This document shows positions 27,325 to 36,798 of a stretch of DNA of 64,000 nt, piece by piece. Source of the DNA: an uncultured Solirubrobacteraceae bacterium (lineage in GTDB: Bacteria > Actinomycetota > Thermoleophilia > Solirubrobacterales > Solirubrobacteraceae); assembly GCA_963769565.1 (NCBI GenBank), contig CAVYMP010000010.1, positions 518,390 to 582,389 on the forward strand, in the 5' to 3' direction. Both the position numbers and the translations under genes were made by a program. Under the pieces are notes generated by a model, which worked only from the letters and a program-made list of their open reading frames with translations, had not been told where the DNA came from and did not search any database. Position 1 is the stretch's first letter. Each line of letters opens with the position of its first letter.

Positions 27325-27722
27325 TTCGGGCTCGTCTGGTGCAACACCGAGTTCGACATCAACCGCGAGCCGAACAACGGCCGCGGACCCGTCGACTTCA
27401 AGGCCAGCTACGGCGCCGGGGATAAGTCGCTCGTCGAGTTCAAGCTCGGTAGCAACTCGCAGCTCAAGCGGAACCTCGAGAAGCAGGTCGCCATCTACGA
27501 GAAGGCAAACCGCACCTGGTGCTCAGTCAAGGTCATCGTGTACTACACGGCCAAGGACGAGCAGCGCGTCAAGAAGATCCTCAAGGAGCTTGAGCTTGAG
27601 AGGGAGAAGTCGATCGTCCTGATCGACGCACGCGGCGACAACAAACCATCGGCCTCAAAGGCTTAGTCGTTAAGTAGCTCGGCCCTCATGCTGACTGCGC
27701 AACTGGGGACTCCAGCCACACC

Positions 27723-27778
27723 ACCACTACACCCACCCAGCTCTCACAACAGGTGGACCGATGAACGGGGTCCGGTCA
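27723..27778 (+). repeat. Orphan copy of the IS3 right end
   Basis: 55/56 identical to 27269-27324, ending GGTCA. Confidence 0.9.
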
Positions 27779-28339
27779 CGTGGATGCGGCGCCCACGGTC
27801 TGGCTTTCGCCCCGCCGGCACACTGAGGTGTTCCGCCAGCTCGCGGAATGTCGCATCGGATGTGATCTACCGCTTTCAACGAGTCCGTAAGTGCGGTGTC
27901 ACCATCGCTCAGGTCTGTGCGTCGTGACACTCGCCTGAACATGGGCGCCATCGGGCGATCCGTTGTTCGTCACCGAGCGAGAAATCGGGTTTGTCGCTCC
28001 GTGGCCGCCTCTTGTCCGTCCTGCTCTTCCACTGTCAGCTATGACGCTGCTCGGCTCGGGAGAGAAACAGCCGCGAGATCTCCTTGAGAGCGTCCCGGTG
28101 ACGCGGTCGCTGCACCAGAGCGACCGCAACGCTCGACGCGAGCAGTCGCACCGTGCTCAGTAACCGCTGGAGCTGTCAGTTGAAATCAGGTGCTCGTCCA
28201 CGCCGATCGTCTTCAATGCTTCTGTTGCTGCTGCTGCCATTCCGGGCGGACCGGCGACCATGTAGCTCGGCGCGTTTAGGTCGTCACCGAGGTAGTCCCG
28301 GAAGAAGCTCGCGTCGACCCGCCGCCGCTCGCCCGATCA

Positions 28340-28813
28340 ATGGTCATCATCCGTCATCGTCAGGATCAACCGAATCCGAGGATTCGCGCGTTCGATTTCC
28401 TCGAGTTGGTGGACATCAGCGCGCAGATGGAGCAGATCTATAGCGTTCTCTCCGACGTGAGCCACGTCCGCCGCTCGGGGCTGCGCGGCATGGTCAGCGT
28501 GCCCCTGCGCCGCGCGGTCTACCGCGCGCATCCAGACCAGGTCGCACGCGCGCACGCCACCGTCTCCACCGTCCCGGCCGTCGAGGCCACCGTCCTGGGC
28601 GTCGGCGACGCGCTAGCCGCCTTCTTCGGGGACCGGTCCTACGCGCAGATCATCAAAGCCGATCCAGGACGGCCTGATGGCATCGGCGGCGCAGCTAATC
28701 GCGCTTACCGACTCGCTCCGCTGAGGCTCCGACACAGCGCCGGAGCGCGCGGCGGCCCATGGCCGACGCCGACCGCGGCCGTCAACGCCGCCCTCGCACG
28801 CTCGGCACCCTGA
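28340..28813 (+). CDS. Hypothetical protein or fragment
   Basis: Protein-like composition only; no motif recognised. Confidence 0.35.
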   Translation: MVIIRHRQDQPNPRIRAFDFLELVDISAQMEQIYSVLSDVSHVRRSGLRGMVSVPLRRAVYRAHPDQVARAHATVSTVPAVEATVLGVGDALAAFFGDRSYAQIIKADPGRPDGIGGAANRAYRLAPLRLRHSAGARGGPWPTPTAAVNAALARSAP

Positions 28814-29018
28814 CCGACGGTCCCGCGAGCAGATCTGTTCACGGGACACCAGCTTCGCTGGCGACGCACAACTCCCCGCCGGCTGTCCGCGGCTTTCCCG
28901 CCTTGCGCCGGAAGGAGGCTCAGCCGGGTGCGCCGGCACGTGATTGCCGACCTCGACGGAAACGCCAATTGAGCGAGGTAGCGTGACCCGTGTCACGGGC
29001 CAGGCATCAACCGCGGGA

Positions 29019-29558
29019 ATGAGTCGGGTTCTCGAGCGTCGACGGGCGGTCGCCCTGGCGCGGCATTACCGCGAGTTCGAGGGCCTCTCGATCCGGCAGA
29101 TCGCCGACCGACTCGGCCGCTCGCCCGCGACGGTCAAAGCGTACTTTTACGACCCCGCCGGCGAGAAGGCCCGGGCGGTCAAGGCCCGCTAGCAAGGCGT
29201 GTGCCGCGGCTGCGGCGCCTACACCCAGCCGCGCAACGGCAAGGGCGACGCCTACGCGTACTGCAAGGCGTGCCACCCCGGCGCGACCGAGCGCCGCTGG
29301 ACGCGGGAGCGGGTGGTCGACGCCATGCTTGACTGGCACCGTCGGTATGGACAGCTGCCGTCGTCCTACGACTGGTCGCGCACGCATGCGCGATGCCGTG
29401 GCGGCGAGCCGCTCGAGCGACTACGCACAGGCGACTGGCCTTCCTCCGGCGTCGTGACCGCGGTGTACGGGAGTTGGAAGGCGGCACGGGCTGCGGCCGC
29501 CAAGCACATCGTCCAGGCTGGCGACGACAGTCGACGGTCGCGGGAGCGTCGTTCCTGA
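29019..29558 (+). pseudogene. HTH + CxxC/CxxC zinc ribbon + homing-endonuclease-associated-repeat-like protein with internal amber stop
   Basis: GLSIRQIADRLGRSPATVKAY; TAG at 29190-29192; frame continues CRGCG...CKAC, WTRERV and YGSWKAA. Confidence 0.7.
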
Positions 29559-29706
29559 CGACACACGGCCAGCCAGGTCGGTCATCGCCGATCGCCAATG
29601 CGCACGACTGTGCAGGAAGCGGCGCGCCAGCCCGGGATTCAGGGCCGGAAACGCCGTACCTAAGAGGCAGTGCTTTCCGGCGGCGGTTGAAACGGAGCGC
29701 GGTGTC

Positions 29707-29991
29707 GTGACCACCCAGATCAGTGAGCTCGGTCGGGCGCAGGTTCGGGTGCGGGCCGTAGCGTCGGTCTCGGACCGCGCGGCCGTCACGACCGTGCAGC
29801 CGGTTCCGAGGATCGCGCTGACGCAACAGGAGGCGTGCGCCTCGGTTGGCTGTGGCGAGGAGTTCTCGGTGGAGCACGTCCGGTGGCGCATGCGGGTGGC
29901 GCGCCGCGCCTGCAAGGGGCGGTTCCCGGCGGACGAGCTGAGGCGTGAGGCGACCGAGTACACCCTGTGTACGGGTTGGAGCGAGCGATGA
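29707..29991 (+). pseudogene. Degenerate excisionase/HTH-like protein
   Basis: PRIALTQQEACASVGC.EEF..EHVR...FPADELRR resembles Xis/HTH_17 proteins. Confidence 0.45.
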
Positions 29992-30376
29992 CCGATCTCG
30001 ATCTGACCGAGCAGCTCGGTCGCGCCCGTGAACGTGCGCGACGACCACGCCTGAGAGCGGCAGCGCGTTCCTGTTGAATCGCCGCGCCGCAGAGTTGAGC
30101 GCGTTCATGTTTGCGGGAGTGTCGTGTAGGCCCGCAGCCAGCGTTGATCGGCGGACTGCATCGGGCGATCAGCAGGCGCGGTTGAAGTCGGGCGTCCGGG
30201 GTTAGACGATTGCCGGGTGAATCCAGTGACGCTGATTCGGGCTGCGACCGCGGTTGGCGCCCGAGGAGGGCGGCATCGTCGCCGTTGCGCCGAGGCTGGC
30301 GTTGCCAGGCGGGCGCCGCGCCTCCTCGTCAGCATATGCCGCGCGAGCAAGTGTCCGGACGATAAGGAGCAGAGAG

Positions 30377-30895
30377 ATGGCTGAAACCGAGAAGGCGATC
30401 CTTGCAGGCGGGTGTTTCTGGGGTATGCAGGATTTGATCCGCGAGCTCGATGGTGTGATCAGTTCGCGCGTTGGCTACGCGGGCGGCGACACGCCCAACG
30501 CGACCTACCGCAACCACGGCTCGCATGCGGAGGCGATTGAGATTCTGTTCGACCCAGACCGAATCTCCTATCGAGACCTGCTCGAGTTCTTCTTTCAGAT
30601 TCACGATCCGACGACGAAGGGTCGTCAGGGCAACGATGTCGGCCCGAGCTATCGCTCGGCGATCTACTACGTCGATGACGAGCAGCGCTGTACCGCGGAG
30701 GCCACGATCAATGACGTCGATGCCTCCGGCTTGTGGCCCGGCAAGGTTGTCACGGAGGTGGCGCCGGCCGGACCGTTTTGGGAGGCGGAGCCCGAGCACC
30801 AGGACTACCTTGAGCGCTACCCCGACGGGTACACCTGCCACTTCGTCCGTCCAGGCTGGAAGCTGCCCCGCCGACCGCAGGAGGCGGCGCACTGA
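30377..30895 (+). CDS. msrA: Peptide methionine sulfoxide reductase A
   Basis: [27 protein letters not shown] and GYTCH. Confidence 0.96.
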   Translation: MAETEKAILAGGCFWGMQDLIRELDGVISSRVGYAGGDTPNATYRNHGSHAEAIEILFDPDRISYRDLLEFFFQIHDPTTKGRQGNDVGPSYRSAIYYVDDEQRCTAEATINDVDASGLWPGKVVTEVAPAGPFWEAEPEHQDYLERYPDGYTCHFVRPGWKLPRRPQEAAH

Positions 30896-31049
30896 GACAG
30901 CCGATGCAGGAGGCCGTGCCACCGGCGCTCTGATCAGCCCGGAGGCGTCCGCCGACGCGCTGATCCGGCGCCTCGACGGCGATGTCACCGGCGAAATCTG
31001 GGACGTCGCGGACGAGCGCCCGAACCCATCCGCGAGCACCGAGAGGATC

Positions 31050-31538
31050 ATGGCCAGGCTCAACCGCGGCGACGGCTTCCCGTCGCTGACCATCACACCG
31101 GTCGACGGCCGGCCGCTGGAGCTGCCCCGTGCGCCCGCCGGCCACTTTGGCGTCGTGCTGCTCTACCGCGGCGGCTGGTGCCCCTACTGCAACGCCCAGC
31201 TGCGCGCGTTCCAGCGCGTCGCCGACCGGCTCGAGGAGCTCGGCATCCGCGTTGTCGCGTTGTCGGTCGACGATGAGGCGAGCACGCGCCAGACCATCGC
31301 CGAACACGGCCTCGAGTTCCCCGTCGGCTACGGCGCCGACACCGTCGCGGCGGCCAGCGGCGCGTTCGTCAACGACGATCCGCGGTACCTGCAGTCCACC
31401 GGGTTCGTGCTCGACCCCGCGGGTCGGCTGATCGTCGGCGTCTACTCCAGCAGCGCGATCGGCCGGCTCGTGCCCGAGGATGTCATCGGCCTCGTCAAGT
31501 ACGTGCGCGACAACGACGCCCACGAGCAGGCTGCCTAA
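31050..31538 (+). CDS. AhpC/TSA peroxiredoxin-like redoxin
   Basis: YRGGWCPYC and ALSVD; stop TAA lies inside the IS110 end. Confidence 0.88.
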   Translation: MARLNRGDGFPSLTITPVDGRPLELPRAPAGHFGVVLLYRGGWCPYCNAQLRAFQRVADRLEELGIRVVALSVDDEASTRQTIAEHGLEFPVGYGADTVAAASGAFVNDDPRYLQSTGFVLDPAGRLIVGVYSSSAIGRLVPEDVIGLVKYVRDNDAHEQAA

Positions 31539-31546
31539 TGGTTTTG

Positions 31547-32743
31547 TCAAGCAGTTTTTGCGAGTGTGATCTCGAACGGGCGGCGGTCGCGCAGGATCGC
31601 GTGAAGGACGTTGACGCGGCGGCGGGCGAGCGCGAGGACGGCTTGGTGATGGCGTTTGCCTTCGGCTCGTTTGCGGTCATAGAAGGCGCGGCTGGTGGGG
31701 TGGCTCAGCGAGCAGAACGCGGATTGGTAGAAGACGCGTTTGAGCGCCTTGTTGCCGGCTCTGGCGCGTTGGAGGTAGTGGACTTTTCCGGACTGTCTGA
31801 GCACGGGCGCCAGGCCCGCGGCGGAGGCGAGATGGTCTGGGCTTGGGAAGCGAGCCAGGGTGCCTGCCTCGGCGATGAACTCAGCGGTGAGCGTGGCCCC
31901 CATCCCGGGCAGGCTGCGGATGAGGGCTGCGTCAGGGTGACGTTGCAACGCCACCTCGATCTGTTGGTCGAGGGTGATGAGTCGTTGACGGCCTTGGCGC
32001 AGCTCGAGCGCGAGCTCTCTGATGATCTCGGCGCTGAGCTGCTCGCCCGGAAGGACGAGTCGCTGGGCGGTGGCGGCGGTCAGGGCATCCTCGACGAGCT
32101 GATCGATATGACGGCGCGACAGGCCACCAGCGCGCAGCAGGTAGTCGGTCAGTCGCGTGCGGCCGGCGCGACGGATCTCGGCTGCGGTCACGTAACGCGA
32201 CAGCAGCCACAGGCCGCCTTTCTGGGTGGGATCCACGACCCGTTCCAGTCCGGGATGAATCGCGACCAAGAGCTCTCTGAGTCGCTGGACACGACGGGTT
32301 TGGTCAGCGACCAGATCGCGGCGACGGCCGACCAGCAACCGGACCTCGATGTCGATCTCCTCGCCGATGTCGACCGACCGCAGGTTTGGGCGCACCCGCA
32401 CCTGGTCGGCGATCACCGCAGCGTCTCGCGGGTCGCTCTTGTTCTCCCCGCCTGCGGTTCGCTGACGAGCACGGTTGACCGCCAGGCCGGGCACGTGAAC
32501 CACCGCGACGCCGGCCTGATTGAGCATCGCCGTCACCAAGCCGGCGATCCCGCCGATCACGTCGATCCCGACGCGCACCGGCCCGTGGGCGTCGGCCCAG
32601 CCCTCCAGGTCACTGATCAGGGCATCGATCGAGGCCGGGTCGTTCTCAACCCGCCGGCTGGCCAGCACCGCGTTAGTGGTGGCGTCGATCGCGCAGACCC
32701 AGTGGAACTCCTTGGCGATATCGATCCCGACAACAACTGCCAT
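31547..32743 (-). CDS. IS110 recombinase (RuvC-like + Tnp domain), 398 aa
   Basis: GIDIAK, GID, KSDPRDA, SLPGMG and GLAPVLRQSG. Confidence 0.95.
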   Translation of the reverse strand: MAVVVGIDIAKEFHWVCAIDATTNAVLASRRVENDPASIDALISDLEGWADAHGPVRVGIDVIGGIAGLVTAMLNQAGVAVVHVPGLAVNRARQRTAGGENKSDPRDAAVIADQVRVRPNLRSVDIGEEIDIEVRLLVGRRRDLVADQTRRVQRLRELLVAIHPGLERVVDPTQKGGLWLLSRYVTAAEIRRAGRTRLTDYLLRAGGLSRRHIDQLVEDALTAATAQRLVLPGEQLSAEIIRELALELRQGRQRLITLDQQIEVALQRHPDAALIRSLPGMGATLTAEFIAEAGTLARFPSPDHLASAAGLAPVLRQSGKVHYLQRARAGNKALKRVFYQSAFCSLSHPTSRAFYDRKRAEGKRHHQAVLALARRRVNVLHAILRDRRPFEITLAKTA

Positions 32744-32774
32744 TGCGCTCCTCTCGTCCTTGTCGATGACGCGT

Positions 32775-32948
32775 GCTTTCCCGGTGCCGGCATCGCCCTA
32801 CATAGCGATCGAGTCGCGGTGCCTAATCAGCGGTCTGGAGAAGCGGTGAAGCAGGGGGATCAGCCTCCTGAGCCATCGAGGGCAGCCAGCATGAAAACCA
32901 TCCCTGCTTCACCCACGCACCCCGACTCTGACAACTCCCGGGGACGCA
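32775..32948 (-). ncRNA. Predicted IS110 bridge RNA (~175 nt)
   Basis: 5' hairpin; 11-bp stem 32846-56/32902-12 encloses target guides; second stem-loop carries donor guides. Confidence 0.8.
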
Positions 32949-32989
32949 ATCTAAAAGGTAGGACGGCATGAGCGGCGTCCTGGTCGAGC

Positions 32990-34381
32990 GTGAGAAGGCG
33001 TTGCGGGTATCGGAGACTGGCCTTGTCCGCCCCCGCCGATAAGCGTCTCCTGGCGCCCGACGACCGGCTCGGTCTGTTCGCCACCGTCGCGATCGTCGTG
33101 GGCGGGATCGTTGGCACCGGCATTTTCACCGTCCCCGCTGCGATCGCCGCCTACGGCTGGCTCAGCGTGCCCGCGTTCGCCGTGGTCAGTGCCGGCTCAC
33201 TCACGCTCGCGCTGACGTTCGCGCGGCTCGTGCGCCGGACCCGGCGCTCGGGCGGCCCATACGCCTACGCCGACGATGCGTTTGGGCGGTTCGCCGGATT
33301 CCTCTCCGCCTGGACATATTGGATCCAAGGGTGGACCGGGCATGCCACGATCGCGGTTGCCGCCGCGGGCTACGCCGAGGCGCTGTTCGGGCTTCGGTCG
33401 GGCGGGGTGACGACGTTCGCCGTGGCTGGTGCCGTGCTCTGGCTTCCGGCGCTCAACAACCTCGTCGGCACCCGGTCGGTGGGTGCGGTGGCCGTGGCCA
33501 CGACTGTCCTGAAGGTCACGGCCCTGGCGATCGTCGCCGTGGCCGGATTGCTCGCGTTCCACGCCGGCCACGTGGGGCCAGTGCGCGCGCATGGCGGCTC
33601 GTGGACGGCGCTGCCCAGCGCATCCGCCCTGCTGCTCTTCTCGTTCCTGGGCATGGAGAGCGTCGCCGTCGCGACCAACCGCGTGCGTGATCCCGAGCGC
33701 AACGTTCCGCGAGCGATCATCGCCGGCGTGGCGGGCGTGGCAGTGCTCTACCTGGCGAGCACGCTGGCCGTCCAAGGTACGGTGCCGCAGGCGCGACTCG
33801 TCGAATCCGGCGCCCCGTTCGCCGACGCCGCGCAGGCGATCTTCGGCGGCGCATGGGCGGCGAAGGCGATCGCTGCGGTGGCGCTGATCTCGGCGCTCGG
33901 CGCGCTCAACGGCTTCAACCTGGTCAACTCCGAGATGGCGGCGGGCGCCGCACGGGACGGCCTCTTCCCACCCCCGCTGCGCCGTCGCGTGCGCGGACTG
34001 CCCGTGCCGGCATTGCTGCTCAACGCGATCCTCGCCACCGCACTGATCGCGTTCAGCGCGGCGGGAGACCTGCTGGCCGTCTTCACCACGCTCGCGCTGT
34101 TGAGCACGTTCGTCTACGTCTTCGGCTACGTCCTCTCCGTGGCCGCCGAACTGTCGCACTCGCTCGCCCGGCGCACCCCCGCAGGCCCACCGACGGGGAC
34201 ACTGGCGATCGCCGCGATCGCCCTGGCAATGGCGTTCTCGCTGTGGATGGCAGGTGCTACGGGCGCCGAGGCCGCGCAGCGCGGCACCGTGCTGATCCTG
34301 ATCGGCATCCCGGTCTACGTGATCACTCGAAGGACGAACGGGAGCCGGGAGGCACGGGCAGGGGGACCGATTGAGCATTGA
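32990..34381 (+). CDS. APC-family amino acid permease (true start may be ATG 32968 with an indel)
   Basis: GGIVGTGIF, GGPYAY, FLGMES, PERNVPRA and ARDGLFP. Confidence 0.9.
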   Translation: MRRRCGYRRLALSAPADKRLLAPDDRLGLFATVAIVVGGIVGTGIFTVPAAIAAYGWLSVPAFAVVSAGSLTLALTFARLVRRTRRSGGPYAYADDAFGRFAGFLSAWTYWIQGWTGHATIAVAAAGYAEALFGLRSGGVTTFAVAGAVLWLPALNNLVGTRSVGAVAVATTVLKVTALAIVAVAGLLAFHAGHVGPVRAHGGSWTALPSASALLLFSFLGMESVAVATNRVRDPERNVPRAIIAGVAGVAVLYLASTLAVQGTVPQARLVESGAPFADAAQAIFGGAWAAKAIAAVALISALGALNGFNLVNSEMAAGAARDGLFPPPLRRRVRGLPVPALLLNAILATALIAFSAAGDLLAVFTTLALLSTFVYVFGYVLSVAAELSHSLARRTPAGPPTGTLAIAAIALAMAFSLWMAGATGAEAAQRGTVLILIGIPVYVITRRTNGSREARAGGPIEH

Positions 34382-34409
34382 ACAGAAGCAAAATGGCTGA
34401 CGATGTCCC

Positions 34410-34757
34410 GTGCTCCATCGGCGAGGAGCAGAGCCCGCCGACCGGGTCGAAGTTCCTGGCGAGCCGCGTCGCCGATGCGATCACGCTCTAGGACGGGCGG
34501 ATCCTCGAGCACGCCGCACGACTTTTCACCCCGCGGGGACGTGCGCGATGGGTGCGGTGGTCGACGCGGAGCTCCGCGTATGCGGCGCCGAGGGCCTGCG
34601 CGTGGTGGACGCATCGATCCTGCCGAGCGTCCCGCGGGGCGATACCAACGCACCGACGATCATGATCGCTGAGAAGGCCGCCGACCTGATTCGCGGGCTG
34701 CCGGCGCTACCTCGCGCGGCCGCCGCCGGACGCCACGCCGGGCCCGCTCACGCGTAG
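34410..34757 (+). pseudogene. GMC oxidoreductase C-terminal remnant
   Basis: [18 protein letters not shown] and [14 protein letters not shown]; no N-terminal FAD domain. Confidence 0.8.
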
Positions 34758-36798
34758 CCACCTCCCCGGTCACCCCGAGCCGTAGCAACACAGTTAGCGG
34801 GCCGCGGCCTAGGGGGATGAGCCTCGCTCGTTACGACCCGGTGGTCGAGGGCCGCCGCTGCGCGGGGCACTGCGCATGGGCGAGAAATAGGGACCTCCCG
34901 ACGACCGGCACGGCCGCGGCGGCGGAAGGAGATCTGACCCGGCTCACAGGGCGACGCGGAGCAGCGCGCGGGGGCCATGGCGGCCGCCTGGGGAGGAGAG
35001 AGACGACCGGGCAACACCGACCACGCCGCCCTGTCAGCCGGGCGCAAATCAAGGGCGAGGCAACTTCGCTTCCACGCGCTCAACGATGCACCAGAGGAGG
35101 GCCGCTCGCAAATGGGTTGCGCGAGCGTGTGATACGTGGCGGCGATCAGGATGCTGCTGATTCGCGGCGTCGATCGTTCGATCAGGGGCCGCTGTTGCGC
35201 ATCGTCGCGCGCCCCGAATACTCACGAGGATGAACGGCGGCCCCATCACCTCCAACGCCCGGTCGATGATCGTGCGCGAGCAGCCGTCGGCAGGTCGATC
35301 GATTCTCGCCGGGCGCGGTTGGCGCGCGCTGACCGGGGACGACTTCCGGCCGAGGCTCGACCGTGTGCAGTGGAGCCGGACGTGCCCCGTCTGAGCCGAA
35401 CCCGCCAGCGCAACCAGGCGCGTCGCAAGAAGCGGCTCGCAGCGCGCAAGCGCATTCGACGCGAGCGAAGCCAGGCCCGCAAGAGCCGGTGGCAGGGCGG
35501 GTGACCCCATGTCCGCAGCGGCCGGGGACGCCGCTCCGCGAGAGATGCTGATCTGCAACGCCCGAGTGGGCTGGCTGACCGGGCGACCGGACGGGCATGC
35601 CGCCGCCTCGGCTCGCGTGCCGTCGCTGCGCTGCCGCTCACTGCCTCGCGCGCGCGGGCGCGGGCGCGCGAAACCGGAAGTCACTGACCCGGTGAGCTGA
35701 TCGCGGCAGCACACGCCACCGCTTTCGCCGCAACCCGCGCGCAGATCCTCGCGTTCGACCGTGCGCGGCGCGGGAACTGGTGGTTTGAACCACGCTGCGC
35801 GCGCGCCGGGCCGTCGTACGAGCTCCGGGGCCGTGGCGATCTCCGTCCCGGCTCGTGTCGTCGAGCTGGACCTCCAGCGCGTGCAGAGAGCGGCACATCT
35901 CGCCCTTGAGCGCTGTCGACGGTCGTTCTGCGTGGGCACAGACACAGCTCACGTTCACCGCGCACTCGGAGCGGGCGCCCCATGCCACTGCTCCGGTGGC
36001 TGCCCGCTCGCCGCGGAGCCGGGGATGCGGATCGGCGGGGGAGAGGGGAGCACGCAAGTGGCGGTACCCGTAGGCCCGCTGTTAGCGCTTGCACGCTCCC
36101 CTCTGACGCAGCGGTGCCGGCGAACCCGGGAGGGGAGGTCGTCAAACACCTGCTCGAAGGAACCGTACGGAGCGAGGAGCGATCACCAAGCTGGATGTGC
36201 GAGCAACCGATCGCGACACGCTCTCGCTCGGATGACGCGATGAAACGCGGCGCGGGTCCGTCCATGCGCCGGAAGCCCGATCACGCACGGTCATCAGAGC
36301 GCGGGCAGGGGGGTTGTGCGGACCGGCGCGGCGCGCTGCACCCCACGCCATCCCCCGAAGGCGGGGCCGTCCGTCTCACAACTTTCTCCCAGGAATGGAT
36401 GCCGCGCCATCGCGGTCGTGTCAGGGAGCCGCCACGTCGTGCGGGGGCAGAACACAGCACGGAAGATGACCACGGAGGAGAGCGCGGGAGCGCCTCCGCA
36501 CGAGGCCGGCGAGCACCCATCCGGGGAGGCCGGGGCGCGATGACTGCGCGGCTCGCCGCGTCCGGGTTCGGACAGCACCAGGACGACTGCGCCGACGGTC
36601 GCCGTCGGTCCGAGCCGGCGCCGGAGGACGCCGTGCGAGCGGAGCTTCTCGGGCATCGGCTCGGCCGGGCGGTGATCACGCGCTCATCCGCGGCCGCCGG
36701 CTTTCAGGGCGAGCGACGGGTTTCAAGCGCAGGCTGTGATCCGGCGATCGACGCGCCAAATGCGTGCCGACCGTGCTCGGCTCATGTCGCGTCGACGA

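Larger units (their letters stand above)
24782..27666 (+). pseudogene. ~485-aa PD-(D/E)xK restriction-like nuclease gene interrupted by IS3 (parts 24782-25901 and 27329-27666)
   Basis: Removing the IS and one TTCG gives a 1458-nt in-frame ORF (...EVQLAF|GLVWCNTE...); C-terminus has E..NGRGPVDF...VEFK...KQVAIY. Confidence 0.85.
31535..32967 (-). mobile_element. IS110-family element, 1433 bp, GC core, no terminal inverted repeats
   Basis: GC at 31533-34 and 32966-67; excision restores CAGGCT-GC-ATGAGC; circle junction forms TTGACA-N17-TACCTT. Confidence 0.88.

Noticed and set aside
29190-29192. Pyrrolysine or programmed amber read-through
   Set aside because: No pyl genes in the window; a TAC>TAG change or sequencing error is simpler
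30471-31538. 355-aa ORF overlapping msrA
   Set aside because: Only 31050-31538 is protein-like and it has its own RBS and ATG; the rest is a shadow frame plus a short remnant
31538-32971. 477-aa plus-strand ORF spanning IS110, and other long antisense ORFs
   Set aside because: Antisense shadows expected from high-GC codon usage; no recognisable motifs
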